Positions 25,261 through 39,596 of a DNA stretch of 64,000 bases are shown here, piece after piece. The notes under the pieces were generated by a model. It had not been told where the DNA came from. It did no database searches and saw nothing but the letters and a program-made list of their open reading frames with translations. The stretch spans positions 442,680,001 to 442,744,000 of the forward strand of contig NC_067400.1 of assembly GCF_016432865.1 (NCBI RefSeq). The letters are read 5' to 3'. Position 1 is the stretch's first letter, and the number at the start of each line of letters is the position of its first letter. This DNA is from Antechinus flavipes. Lineage: Eukaryota. The position numbers and the translations under genes are program-made.

Positions 25261-27809
25261 AGATAGGGAAGAAAATTATTTGTTAGCTTAATGAGACAAT
25301 TGTGAGATACATTCAGTTAGGAAGCACATTTTGTTAACATGTTCCTAGGATCCTTTCGACTATGATGATTTTCCAGAACCATGTATCCAATTTCTTCCTG
25401 ACTTTATTCATCCCTTTGTTTATTGTAAATTTTCGTGTAGTGAATCACTACATGATCAGTACAAGGTGGGTATGCCTGGGCAATGCTTATTTTTCTTTGT
25501 TATTTTGTCTACATAGAGAGGTATCTATTGATTACAAAGTTAAAAAATAAAGCATTAATTGGTTAGATATCATTCTATGATTAATTAAGGCCCCAAAGTC
25601 AATTTTTTGGTTTTGATTACAGAATTTGGCTCTCTATTGCTTGAAATTAACATTGAAGTTACCAAATTTCTGCTCTGAGTTCCATCAGCATAATACTTGT
25701 TTTCTTATCTTTCTATAGCTTTATTACTATTATACATAAAATGAAATAGATATGCTTTTCATAAAAGATTTTTTGGGGGATACTTTAAGCTTCAAGATGC
25801 AATCAAATACAAACATACATATATATGTATATGCATATACATATATATAATATACATACACATAAAAAGATTATATAGAGACTATATATAGGTAAGTAAA
25901 TATATATATATGCATATACATGTATATACACACATACACACACATATCCAAACCAATGAAATATGTGCTAATCTTGATCTCTTTTTCTTGCTAGTTATTT
26001 GAATTCTTCAAGATACCTATACCAATTTTTGAGAGAGGTTAGGATGTTATTCATTTCTGATTGCTTTAAAAGTCTTCAAAAAATAAAGCTAATAAGTACA
26101 TGGGCTGCATAATAAAAGTGGAAGCTGTTTTAGTTGCCTCTGACCACACCATCATTATTTTTCATCATAATACATCAAACATTTAAAGGTCTGAACAGTC
26201 TCAGGCTTTTTTTTCTTTCTTTCAGATATCAATTGTCCTCACCTATGTAATCTCATTTCTAATGAGTTCTTTGGTTACACTTATCACTCAGCGTTAGGAA
26301 AACAAATTCCCATACAGATGACCCTCATTAAGCTGCTGTTACCATTATAATTTCAATTCATAGGACCATTTCTCTGGCACTATAGTGAACTAGGACAAAG
26401 AACTATGACAAGAGTAGTTAGACAAGATGACCAACTTTGTTAGCAATCTAAAGCATCTAAATATTACCATGTAACCTTAGGTTCCCCAATATTTTCTTTG
26501 ATTAAAACTGTGAGGTATATCCTATAAAAATTAAGGCCCACAATTAGAAGAAAGGAGATATTATTGGTCCATATATAATTCTGCAATAGCAGAGGAAAAG
26601 ACTAAATGAATCCGAGCATAGTCTAAATCTAAAGTATTTATATGGGGAAAGAAAAAAGACTTCCTAGAGAAAGTTCATGTTGTCACCTCAATTAAGTATA
26701 AGTTCCTTGAGGGGCAGGGCCTGTTTCACTTTTGTCTTTAAGCCTTAAAAGAGTGTCTGGTATGTTGTAGTTATTTAATAAATGATTATTCATTAATTGA
26801 CTGATTATATGATGTTTCTCCAGCTTCCAGTGATTTCTTTCTCATCTGAATTCCTATGATCTATAAGTTCTTCTCATACACAATGATCATAGTTTGAGTT
26901 TATCTTGTAATTATGGGTATATATCAAATTGGCTGTCAGCTCCTAGAAGATAGGAACTGAACCTTACTTAATTGTCATTTCTATAGTACCTCATACATAA
27001 CAAATATATCGAAAAAAGATATGACTTTAATAGGTATGAAGATATCACTTTGAAAGTTTTGTGAGCTACATAAAAGTGAAAAGTTTTGCTCATGGTCACA
27101 TAGGTAGTATCATGTATAAATCTTAAGTCTAAATTTTTCAGATTAAGAATGTAGCATATGGACCAATACAATTCTCTTTCATGTCTTGTACATAATTAAT
27201 GTTTAATGAATGTTAGTTAAAGCTTGAATAATTTGTGAGATATTCCATTAGTTTCCATTTTTTACCACCACAAAAAGAGTTGCTATAAAGATTTTTGTAG
27301 ATATAGGACATTTTCCTCTTTAATAATAGTTAATATTTACATATTGCTTTAACATCTGCAAAGTATTTACACTTTGTTAAATGAATGTTAATTCATTTGA
27401 TCACCACAATAACCCCATCTTCACAGATAGGTACTATTATTATTCCTATTTTGCTCAGTCATAAAGCAGTTGAGGCAAAATTTGAATTCAAGTCCTATGA
27501 TCTATCCAACACTGTACCACTTTGCTATCTCCTAAGAGCTTTCACCAACTTCAACTAGGGAATGGTTGAACAAATCAGCATAAATAAGTATCATAACATA
27601 TTACTGTGTTGTAAGAAAAGAAGACAAAGATGATTTCAAAGAGACATGAAAAGATGTATATGAATTGATGCAAAATAAAGTGAGAAAACCAAATAATTTA
27701 TTGATATTATATTGGCATTATAAAAATGAATGATTTTGAATGCTTGTATGAGCTAGTGAACAATGAAATGAGCAAAGGCAGAATATATTGCATAACCATA
27801 ATATTAATG

Positions 27810-28200
27810 ATAGCTAATATTAATATAGTGTTTACTATGTGTGCACTACGCTCAGGCCTTTACAATTGTCATTTCATTTGACCTTTAAAACAACCCTGCG
27901 TGGTAGATGTTATCATTATCCCCATTTTGCAGATAAGGAAACTAAGAAAGAGGGTAATTTTTTTTGTTCAGTTGTATCAGTTCTTACTCTATTTGGGGTT
28001 TTCTAGACAGAAATACTGGAATGGCTTGCCATTTTCTTCTCTTGCTCATTTTATGGATGATGAACTGAGGCAAAGGGATTAAATGATTTGTCACCTAGCT
28101 AATAAGTGTCTGAGGCCAGATGCTAGCAAGAATCAGATTTGAGGATTGAAACCAAATCTTCATACTACAAAACTAATGCTCTTTCCATGACATCATAGAG
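27810..28200 (-). mobile_element. MIR with a nested MAR1-like fragment
   Basis: ATTATCCCCATTTTGCAGATAAGGAAACT followed by ATACTGGAATGGCTTGCCATTTTCTTCT. Confidence 0.65.
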
Positions 28201-30959
28201 GCAGGCTATGTAAGTTATTCAATATTTTCTTTGTCAATGGCTATGAAAAGTTAGTGTTCTAATTTATACAAAGGTAAGTTCACAGAATCATAAGTTTGGA
28301 GGATAAAAAAGGGAACATCTAGTTCCATTTGCTCATTTTATAGATTCAGAATCTGAGACTCAGAAATGACTTTCCCAAGATTCTCACAAAAATTAAATTA
28401 AGACCTAAAAAGGTTTGGGAATCAACAAATCAAAGGATATAATAATATAATGTCTTGCCAATTGTTAATACTTCTTTTAATACTTCCTTTCAAGGCATCA
28501 CTTTGGAATATTTTACTCAAGCCATAAATTCAGTCAAGGAAATTAATGAAAGAACATTTTGTCAAATAACCCCCTTCCCAGAACTGTTTAACAAGGTGCC
28601 CTGATTCTGAAAGGGAAAGAAGTGAGGGCAGGAATTGCTTGACTTGGAAGAGACAATATTAATTTGGAGGGTCATTTTGGGTACCACAAATAGAAAACTA
28701 TAAGAAGTAATTTACTAATTGAAGTCTAAGTGAAATAAAAGATTAAATTCTCATATATACCTTCCCAAAACAATTAACCTCCTTCTCGGTGGTTGGATCA
28801 AAATCAAAGCATGAAATTGATGTTGTCTAAGGAGGAAGTCCACTAAAAGGCTCAGTGGCCTCAGCTCTAATGAAAAAAGAGTAGGGGGAGAAGGAGGAAG
28901 AAGTCAATATTTGCTCATTTGAAGAGAACCATACCAACTGAAATCATTCCCTGTATTTTCTCTAGATGAAAACAAAGAATGTATGTATTGATTTTTGTTA
29001 GCACATTATTAAAGAATGATAACTGAATCATTTCAAAAGGAGGGGGAAAGCCCTCTAAAACATCACCATAAGAAGGAAACAAATTCAATAACCATTGTCC
29101 CTAAACTGAATTCCAAATGTAGTATTTTAATATGCCATTGGTTTAGAGGAAAGATGTATTTATCAAAGAAGAACATTTGGTTGAGGTAAAGAGAATCCCC
29201 TAAAGACACCAATTATATATCGTAGATATCATCTTATTTTTCAGACATAAAAAAAAAATAAATCCTTCCCTTTTTTCCTAATCAAAGACATACTTACTGT
29301 GCTTTATGTATAAGTATTCAGCATATCAATGAGTTATTTTCCTTCTGTCTTCTGCCTTCTGCCTTCCTAGTAGTGGTCATGGGCTACAAAAAATAGTATT
29401 TTCCTATCCTTATGCCAGGGTTTCATATATGGCAGTAAAATAATTTGTCTCTGAAAAGCTAAAACTCACCTGAGCCAGTCATGCTACTAAATTTGCCTTT
29501 GTAAAATTAACCATTTAGTGATGAAATTTCATCCTTTGTCTCATTGACACCATATCCGAACCCAACTTTCCAATATTTAATTCTTTTACATACATTTCTA
29601 AATTTGTCATGTCATGTATGAAAGAAAGGCAGGAAGTTAAATAGATATTTTATAAAGGGTACTAAGATGCAACATAAAGATCTTATTTAAAGAAAATAGG
29701 ATTCAACCAAGGGTTGGATTACCTAAAGTCTTGTTCTCGTGGTTGCCACTAGTAATATTGCTGAGACCTAAGTACTTTTGTAGCAAAAAACAAAAACAAA
29801 CTTGTTATATTAAAAGACTTCCCATCTATCCTTTAGCTGTCTACTGATAAACAATATAACATTTGCCAGGGAATGAAAAGTGGTGAAGGCAGTTGAATGG
29901 ATCTATGACAATGTAAAGGAAAAAAGTGGGGTCTGAGAGGAAAGACACCATAAGGCATTATGAAGTTGGGAGAGATATCGCGTGACATGGAGGAGGAAGG
30001 GAGGGAAAGACACCATAGGATAGTTGGCATAACTTGGATTTCTTGGCTGGACAAAGCAAGGGGGCGGTTCTCCGACAAAAGAAGAGGTACCTCCACACAG
30101 GGTGAGACCACTAAGCTAAACTGATCTTTAGCTTCCCTGGCTCAGGAAATAATTCCATTGATGTTCCAGTTTCTCTCTGGAGAAACCTACCCAAGGACCT
30201 GGATAGGTTACTATATTGGCTTAAGTGGATGAAAATGATAATTTAAATAAAGTCTATGGCAGTATAATTTTAGAGGAGTGGATAGATTCACAGGATTCAT
30301 GAGATCTTATTGTGATAGAATCAAGAAGACAGCAATTAATTGGACAAGAAAAAGGTGAGGGAAAAGAAAGAAAGAAAGATAATTCTGAGCTTTTAAATTT
30401 GAGTGTCTAGAAGGAGTATCGCTAACAAAAGAAATAGTGGAAGGTTGTTATTTTGACTTTTTTTCTTTTTCAACCTATTTAAGGAATATTTATTGAGCAC
30501 TTGCTATGTCCAAGGCACTGTACTAGTCATCATGGGAAATACACAGATAAATAAACAAACAAACAAATGAATAAATAAATAAATGGATGAATGAATGAAT
30601 AAATAAATGAAGCATAAACTTTAAGAAGTTTATGATCCAGTAACCATATTTTCTGCTGGTCTTTTGCCTCAAACAGACTTCTCAGAACTGAGGATCATCT
30701 ATATCTAATCTGTACATTAGTTTATTCATTCCACTGGAAAAAATTGTATTTAAGACAATCCTGAATGTGCTCAATATGAGCAAACTCACCCAGTCAAGAG
30801 TAACCAAATTGATTTAAGTGCAGAATCCCAGGGTCTCTTTTCTGAAGTTTTGCAGAAGTAAAAATCCAACCTCAGAGAGAGAGAATGAAATCCAGTACTA
30901 GATATGTGAATAATACTTTTTATACTGCAATGCTAGTAAACCAGAGAGACTTCAGAAGA

Positions 30960-32680
30960 AAACTGCAATTTTTTGGATCTGTAGCTTTCCATTTGCAAAC
31001 TATTCCCCATGTCCAAGCTGTTATCAAGATCTGATAATTTCACCTTCGTATCTTTTCTCAAATACTTCCCCTTTTCTTCTCTAACGCAGCTACCTCTCTG
31101 GTCGAAGTCCTGTTCTTGTCATACCTTGTTTGTAACAATACCCTGCTGGTGAGTTAGCCTGCCTCAAGTCCCTTCCCACTCCAATCTGTTCTCTATTCAG
31201 CCACTAAGTGATTTTCCTATTTCCTATATTTGCTAGAGCTGCTTCTTCCCAGTCCCCAATTTAATAAATTCCAGAAACTTCCTCTTACCTCAAGGAGCAA
31301 ATACAAAATATTTTTCTGGAGATTGAAAGCCCTTCATAACCTAGCCCACCCCTACTGTTCCACTCCCTTACACCTTACTCCCCAACATATACTTATATCC
31401 AGTACTTTATTGTTTTACAAACTTTTTTACAAACAAGACACTTCATCTCTCCACTCTGGGCATTTCCTGTGGCTATCCCCCAAGCCTGAACCCTCCCTCC
31501 TCTGCTCTGATTTCTGATTTTCCAGGTTTTCTTTGTTCAGTTGTTTTTCTCTTTGTTAGACCCTTTGCAACCCCATTTGGGTTTTTCCTTTGCCAAGATA
31601 TTGGGGTGGTTTGCCATTTCCTTCTGCTCATTTTACAGATAAGGAAGTTGAAGCAAACAGGGTTAAAGTGACTTGCTAAGGGTCACACGGAAAAGTGACT
31701 ACAGCCAAATTTGAATTTAAGTCTTCTTGATTCCAGGCTTGGAGATCTATCTAGTGGACCATACAACTAACTGGCTTCCTTTAATTCCCAACTAAAATCT
31801 CATTTTCCTCAGGTATCCTTCCCTAACCCCTCTAAATTCTAATGCTTTCCCTCTTGTAATTACTTATTTGTTCTCTGTATAGCTTGCTTTGTACACAAAC
31901 CCTGCTCCCACATATCCTGCCCCCAAGCTCCTAAAGGAGAGGTACTGTCTTTTGCCTCTTTTTGTTTCCCCAGAGTTTAGCACAATGCTTGGCATATGGT
32001 TGGCGATTAATAGGTTTATTGATTGATGGATTGATCTCAGTAGTTCAACTATGAGAACTAGCTTCTATCTTTAGATCACCGTTCTTCAAATTCCCTTTCA
32101 TTATGTACCCAAAAGGTATTTTTTATTTATACGTATTGGGTGGAGCATGCAACTTTGCAAATGACATTGGTGGAGCGGCAGCTGTAAGTTCCTTTTGGGA
32201 ATTAGGTTATAGCTAATGAATCCAATGACACTGGTTTCTTCTGTTCCTCCTCTCTCCAAACTTCTTAGATATTGCTCCCTTCCACACACTTTACAATCCA
32301 GTGACTCCAGACTATTTGTTATTCCTCCCACAGAACACCCCACTTGTTGAAAATGTGCTTTTTCACAGGCTGTCCCTATCTCTAGAATGCTCGGCTGCTC
32401 CACAGCTGCTTCCTGGTTTACCTGCCCACCTTCAGTTCAAATCCTACCTTCATGAGGAGGTCTTCCTAGGTCCTAATGTTAGGACCCCTGAGAGCAGCCA
32501 TATGTATGCATGTATTATAAGTACATATTGTTTGCTTACTGTAACCCCCTGTTCAAAAGTGAGCTCCTTGAGGGCAGACCATTTTTAGTCTTTCTTTGTA
32601 TCTTCAGTGCTTAGCACAGGGCCTGGCACATAATAATTACTTAATAAATGTTTCACTGATGGTCTCACTGCCTCAGCAAC
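30960..32680 (+). mobile_element. L2 3' regions (at least two termini, ~32030 and ~32660) with a MAR1-like SINE at ~31530-31770
   Basis: Pyrimidine-rich L2 body. Termini CTTAGCACAGGGCCTGGCACATAA...CTTAATAAATG and TTGATTGATGGATTG. Confidence 0.7.
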
Positions 32681-33310
32681 CATTGCCAGCTCAGAAGTGA
32701 GACCTTCAATAGCTATGGGAGCAGCTCAGAGGAAGAACATTGGATTATAAGAGGTGAAAGATAGATGTTGTTAGATTGGAGAGAAACTCCATAATTGGCT
32801 ATTGAGAGAAGGTGAGATACAACCCATCTTCTCACCTAGACCCATTGCTTGATTACACACCTTGATGAGGGGTAGGGCAGAGATCCCCAATTTGGAGATC
32901 ACTGATATGTATTTGAAGAGACAAGTTGAGAGAGAAAGCAAATGATGACAGAACCTAAACTTAGGATGGGGGAGGGAGGGTTGAAGCACAGGGACAAAAA
33001 CAAGTCATGAGGAGTGAATTTACCTAAGAAATTAGGACTGACTCAGAAGAGCATTAGAGGGAAACAGAACTTTTCATTAACTAGTAAAGAAACAGATGTT
33101 CTTCCCATATGCTTCCTACAATTTATTCAAAGTTTCTAGACCTTTCTATTCTCCTCTTCTAACCCACTTCTGCTCCTATCCTCCTCAACCCCAGGCAAAC
33201 CCTTTATTTACAATCTAAGATTCTGAAGTTATTGATCTAAAATTTAATTTTAGCCTCACAGGCATTCTTGCTTCAGACTGAGATCAATAATAGCATAAGA
33301 ATACATAATG

Positions 33311-33314
33311 CACA

Positions 33315-33354
<40 letters not shown>

Positions 33355-33361
33355 CATACAC
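33311..33361. repeat. (CA)n microsatellite
   Basis: Direct reading of the sequence. Confidence 0.97.
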
Positions 33362-34577
33362 CCCACGTACTCATTCTATCTCTTGTAATATTGTCAGTCA
33401 AAATAAGAGAAAAGGACATCTTAGCACAAATAACAGCAGATTTTGGATCTATTCCTTCTAAGAAGAGAAAACCAGGGTGCCCTGAATTTTCTTTAATGAC
33501 AAAGAACTTTATTAAGAAGAATTTTGTTTTCACCTGGGATGTTTACATTTTTGCCTAATACAATAATATAAAATCATTATCTCCAATCTGTAAAGACCTT
33601 CTCAGACTTCAAACTGCATGTTCCTTCCATCTTTCTTGGTACTCATGCATTATTTTGTAATGTAGCTATTTGTGAATGTGTATATCCATCAGTTTTTTTG
33701 CTAGATTATAAACTCCACGAATGCAAGAGCTATATCTTATCTGAACTTTGTATTTTACCTCACCACCTAGCACAAAATGCTTTCCAGAATATCTGCTTAA
33801 TAAATGTGTACTGAATGGAATTGAAGCACATAGATAGAGGCAAGAAGTGGGAAGGAAACTATAGCCTCTCTTTAGAAAATGACTCCCCATTACTGCATTT
33901 CTAGAAAAAAAAAAAACTAATCATCTAATATCTGAGTCACAGAATCTTTGACCTAGAAGGAGCCAGTAATTCATAACTTAATCAATTAAAAAGAGTTCTA
34001 TGTGGTAGGTATTGTGTCATACTGGTAATACAAAGACAAGCTTGAAAAAAAAATTTTCCCTTGATGAAATAAGATTCTAAAAAGGGAAACAACTATGCAA
34101 CATGCACATGTACAAGTATATAGCAAAAGAAAAAAACCGTAGGCTAAAATTTTTCCACCTTTTTGTCCAACCTATCCAAGAATCCCCTGTACAAGAATCC
34201 AGAAAAGTAGTAACACATCCTACACTTGAAAATCTTCATTGATGGTGAAGAAAACACTAACTTCTGAGACAAATCAGGACTTAATTAGCTATTTCTTTTT
34301 TACTGTCTAGACTTAAGAAAGTGATGGATAAAATTACATTAATGCAGATTAAACTGAAATGTCTATCCTGTGTACACTTTCCCTTCTGGAGATTGTTTTC
34401 TTGTCCCAGCCATGGAGCTAATTAATTGTAGTTGTCTCAAACCCAGATGTGGTCCCCAGTTCAACACTTTCTACAAGATCATTAAGAAAGAAAGAATTTT
34501 GTGACTGGCTCCTGTCCAACAAACTTCAATGATAAAGAGCCACATTAAATCAATCAACAATTATCTCTTGCAGACCT

Positions 34578-34580
<3 letters not shown>

Positions 34581-34653
<73 letters not shown>
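34581..34653. repeat. (AT)n microsatellite, ~36 units with one interruption
   Basis: Direct reading of the sequence. Confidence 0.97.
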
Positions 34654-34657
<4 letters not shown>

Positions 34658-35256
34658 GTCTTTTACCTCTTTTATAGTCAAATATGTAACTTTTCAAAAT
34701 AAAAACAACTAAAAATGTTTTTAAAACATCATCATACTGCCTTTGGAGGCCCTTCTAAGCATTGATAGGACACAAGTCAATGCAATAAAAATTGATAGAT
34801 TATTTATCTACTATGTACTAAGCACTAGAGAAGGAACAGGAGGTTCATCTTCATGGAAGAAGGTCTTCAGAGGGCACAACCCAGCCATGGAGAGAGTCTT
34901 AAGGCAGATCACCACTGAGGTGGGAAATAGGTTCTTGCCTGGCATAGGCCTAGGAGATGGCCCAGGAAACCTGAAAGTCCAGACAGTGAGAAGTCTTCCC
35001 TTGGTATGAAAACCAATATTGGAATTAGTCTTAAGTCAAGGACTGACATGGGCCTATTAACACGGTCCTTTCAACTCTATGCTAATCCCCTTTGATTTTA
35101 AACAATTTGGCATAGCTTTAGGATACATTGAAAATATGCCTACTTGTTTTAGCAAAATAGAAAATGACTACAATCCTGACAGAGGATGAAATTTTCATTA
35201 ATTAAACAAGGAACAGATTTAAAAAGCAGGTGGACCTACTCATCAATTATTGCTTG

Positions 35257-35292
35257 AAAGAATGGCTTAAAAAAAAAAAAAAGAATGGCTTA
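35257..35292 (+). mobile_element. Poly(A)-only insertion flanked by a 13-bp direct repeat
   Basis: AAAGAATGGCTTA (35257-35269), then A10, then AAAGAATGGCTTA (35280-35292). Confidence 0.7.
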
Positions 35293-37818
35293 CCCTCAAT
35301 TATATGGTTACTTGCAAATATCTGTGATTTCCTCAGTGCAGGGAACTGCCTGTATAGGAAACTCTATACATCAATGCAGAACCTTATACATAAAAGATTC
35401 ATCAAATGAAATCTAGGAAGCTGTCCAAGACAAAGAGAATCCCACAACTGGTATCAAATACAGAGTTTGAAGCTCAGTTATTTCTTTCTAACTTCAAGCA
35501 TAACACAGAATCCAATATATCATATCACTTTTATGGCCTCAAATATAATAAAAATAAAATTATTGGATTAACCAAACATTTTGTAACACATATCAACAAT
35601 ATGAAATAATCTCATCTAAGAAGGTAGTTGGATCAATTACTTGAAGGGCCCTTTTGACATGAACTTCATTGTTAGATGAAGATACAATATGATTTGAAAT
35701 CAGAAAGTCTAGTGAGGCTGCATTAATACATTCTCATATGGTCAGTACAATCAATTTGTAGCACCTGTTCTTAAATTTTTTCAAGCTTTTTCCTTTCCAT
35801 GATATAAATCTCTAACAATATTTATTACCCAAATTCTTGAATAGATGCTAAGCTCCTTTTTTGAGAGGAGAAGTGGATCTAGTTAAAGGAATTATTATAA
35901 CCTATTTTCCTGGAAAAGTGATATGGGCCTCGTTCTTGGTAAAAATAAAATTGAGGTAGCAATGTAGCACAGGCTTCATTGAGACTTCTGATAAAGAAAA
36001 ACAGTCATCTGAATATATAATCATTGCTTCTTCTAGTTTCTTTTAGCGCTAGCTCTTATATTTTTAGAGTTTCAAAAATCAAAGAAATTTTTCTAGAGTA
36101 CATTATCTTAATTTCCCAAAGAAATGCTTTCACTAACTTAATAATGTCACTCTCTCTTTATTTACAGATGATCAATATATGAACTATTCATCGAAGAATA
36201 TTACTATTTCTTTTTCAAAATTGTACTTGTACATTATGGTGATATATGATTTATAAACCATCAATTCCTATAGAAATACCAGTTATTATTCTGATGATTA
36301 ATCATGTGATCCATTCATCTCAGATGTCTAGTAACATCTATTTATTTGTTCCCTTTAAATGTCTTCTGTTTTATTACTTGGTCTTGAATATAATTGTCTA
36401 AAAGTCATCTCAATTTTTAAAATCAATTAATCAATAAACATTTATTAATTTTTTGCTATGTACTAAGTTTTGTACAAAAGTTGGAGATTCTCCATGAAGG
36501 TTCCTCAACTGAGCAACTGTCTGAGGTAAATAGGTGGATCCTAGGGAAACATGCAGAACACAGAAAGCTTAAATTAACCTTCCCAGAGACTCAAGTGTAA
36601 TAAGTATCAAGGGAGTGATTTGAATCCAAGGCTTCCTGATTCTAATCCCAGGATTCTAGTCACTAAACAAACTACTATTTTTTGGATGTTGAAATTAATT
36701 AATTAATTAGTTAATTAAAAGAAACAATCACAACAAAAATCTTTGATTTGGGTGGTTTTATAGCTGAATGAGACTTTAGTGGTTATCTAGTCCATTCCCT
36801 TTATCAATCTTAGAAAACATATACAAGGAGGTTATATGGCCACATAAGTAATAAGTAGATGAACTAGTATTATAACTCAAGTCCAGATCCATTTTTTTTG
36901 TTTTGTACTATGAAGATCTTGATTTAACCTTGCTAAAATGATGTTGTCTTCTAACAATGTAGAAGCTTTGCGTCTCTAATCACTATCTTCAACATTTCCA
37001 ATGTGAATATGATTGGCTTCTACAAATTAGGTACAGCTATAATTATCCATTTTACCTAATTAGATTGGTTTTATTTCAACAAACATGACAATTAAGTAAC
37101 TGAGAACAAACCTGATGTTCAAGTCTATTTTTGGAATGTGGCATTTACATACATTCTCATTTTAGACAATGAGATACAACTTCACAAACTAATGGGTCAA
37201 AGAACATTAGGATAAAAAACCTTGGGGTGGTAGCTATTTTCTTTCTTGAACAAAGCCTTGGCTTAAAAAGCCAAGGCTAAATTGATTCCCACATGGAATC
37301 CATGAATCTGAAAGTTTGGGCATGCCTTTAGTTCAGTGACATCAAAGTGAAAATCACCTCAAGCCACTGAGAAATGATTTTAAAAATCAAGGGAACAAGA
37401 AAATGATTTTCATTAGCCTACTTGGTAAATTTGCTTATATAGTTTGTTTTGTTTTGCTTTTCGTAAATGCTAAATTGCTATGGGGTATGCTGGAACAAGA
37501 AAGAAGGCTTAAATAAAGTCATGCTTCATTTTCTACTTAATAATGTTATTATGTAAAAAAAAAAATCTAGGATAAGTAAAAACAGAATCATTGAATGAAT
37601 GAAATGTTATTTTGGATACACAAAAACCCCTGTTTGATTATTTGATCAGAAATGTTCCAGCTATGGGATAGAAGTAGTGGTAGCAATACATTGTGCAGAA
37701 GCATTTCTTTCAGGAATTTGCAGGGTAGACAAAAAACTCCTGATTTCCAGATTATTTTATGACATTCCAACAATTTCTCATTCAAAAAAAAAAAAAAAAA
37801 AAAAAAAGGAAGAGTTTG

Positions 37819-37875
37819 TATCCTTGGACAAGTCATTTAACCCCAATTGCCTTGAAAAAAATAAAGAAAAAGAAA
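37819..37875 (+). mobile_element. WSINE1 3' fragment
   Basis: TCCTTGGACAAGTCATTTAACCCCAATTGCCTTG plus A-rich tail. Confidence 0.7.
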
Positions 37876-38373
37876 CCACAAAAGGTAAAGTCTATCAGGC
37901 TGTTTATATATCCATCTATTTATCTATATATCATCAATTCCTTGACTCTGGGCATTTTTCTCTGGCTGTCTCCCACCCCTGGAATGTTTTCTCTTGTCAT
38001 CTCTATCTATTGACTTCTCTAACTTCCTTTTTGTTCCAGCCAAATCCCATCTATTTCAAGAAGTCTTCTCCAATTCTTAATTCCAATGCCTTCCTTTTGT
38101 TAATTCTTTCTTATTTATTCTACATATAGCATTTTGTGTTTATTTGTTTGTACATTTGTATTTATTTTTATGTATATTGCATACTTGAAAGCAATGACCA
38201 TCTTTTGTCTTTTGGTGTTTTTTTTTTTTTTGCTATTATCAGTCCCTAGTACAGTACCTGTACATAATGGGTACTTAATAACTGCCTATTTATTGATATC
38301 TATCAGTCAATTACTCTAAAATTTCATTTATCAATGTAGTGCTTAATCTTTGCATCCCAAAATATCTCCTTAT

Positions 38374-38711
38374 TGTGATGACCACGTGTTTTAAAATCAG
38401 CCAAAGTCAGGAATTCAGGTTAAGGGAAAATCTTCAATCTTTATTCTTTGTGGAGGTGAAGGGGGATCGCAATAGCAATGTGAGCAGCTGTGACAGGAAC
38501 CAGCCAGCAGTCTCTCTTTCCCCCTCTCTCTCTGCCCCTCTGCCTCCACCCACCAAAATCATCATTTCCTATACAACACATCAGGACTTGCACAGAGTGG
38601 GTGGGGCCATTCTTTCTCCAAGCATATATATTAGTAGAGTATGTTCTAATTACTATTTAGCCTCAGGTGCTTGGGACCTCAGTGCATCAACTAGGGCTTC
38701 GGCCCACTACA
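38374..38711 (-). mobile_element. Solo LTR (338 bp), ERV2-type, unrelated in sequence to the other two LTRs
   Basis: TG...CA termini and perfect 6-bp TSD CCTTAT at 38368-38373 and 38712-38717. TTTATT (minus-strand AATAAA) near 38430 and TATATAT box near 38625. Confidence 0.9.
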
Positions 38712-38743
38712 CCTTATACTCACAAAATAAAAATAATATCCGG

Positions 38744-39596
38744 TCTCAGATTGGCTATGATGGCAGGCAAAGATAATGACAAATGTTGGAGGAGGTATGG
38801 GAAAATCGAAACAATAATACATTGTTAGCGGAGTTGTGAACTAATCCAACCATTCTGAAGAGCCATTTGAAACTCTGCCTAAAAGACTATCAAACTGTGC
38901 ATACCCTTTGATTCAGCAGTGTCTCTACTGGACTTGTGTTCCAAAGAGATCATAAAAAAGGGAAAAGGACCCACATGTGCAAAAAAATGTTTGTAGCAAC
39001 CCTTTCTGTAGTGGCAAGGATCTAGAAACTAAGTGGATGCTCATTGGGGAATGGCTGAATAAGTTATGGTATATAAATATAATGGAATATTATCATTCTA
39101 TAAGAAATGATCAGCAGGCCGATTTCAGAAACAGCTGGAGAGACTTACAAGAAATAATACTAAATGAAGTGAGTAGAACCAAGAGAACACTGAACACAGC
39201 AAAAACAATATTATGTGATGATCAACTGTGATGGACCTGATTCTTTTCAGCAACAAAGTAATTCAGGGCAAGTCCAGTAGATTTGCGATGGAGAGAGCCA
39301 TGCATCCAGAGAGAGAACTATGAGGACTGAATGTAGATCACAACATAATATTTTCACCTTTGTTGTTATTGTTATTGCTTTCTCATTTTTTTCCTTTGAT
39401 CTTATTTTTTTGTGCAGCATGATAAATGTGGAAATATGTTTAGAAGAATTGCACATGTTTGACCTATATTGGATTACTTGCTGTGTAGAAGGAGGGAAGG
39501 AAAGGGAGGGAGAAAAACTTGGAACATGTAATTTTGCAAGAGTGAATGTTGAAAACCATTTTTGCACATATTTTGAAAAATAAAAACTATTTTAAA
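38744..39596 (+). mobile_element. 5'-truncated older L1 (ORF2 end + 3'UTR)
   Basis: CAGATTGGCTATGATG... start, ORF fragment GEWLNKLWYINIMEYY, 3'UTR ending AATAAAAACTATT. Confidence 0.9.

Noticed and set aside
32095-32210. Short open frame GIFYLYVLGGACNFANDIGGAAA ending at CT|GTAAGT
   Set aside because: Unrecognised peptide, weak donor context, no clear acceptor, embedded between L2 pieces.
37677-38776. 145-150 aa ORFs
   Set aside because: They run through poly(A), SINE, L2 and solo-LTR sequence and have low-complexity, non-protein-like composition.
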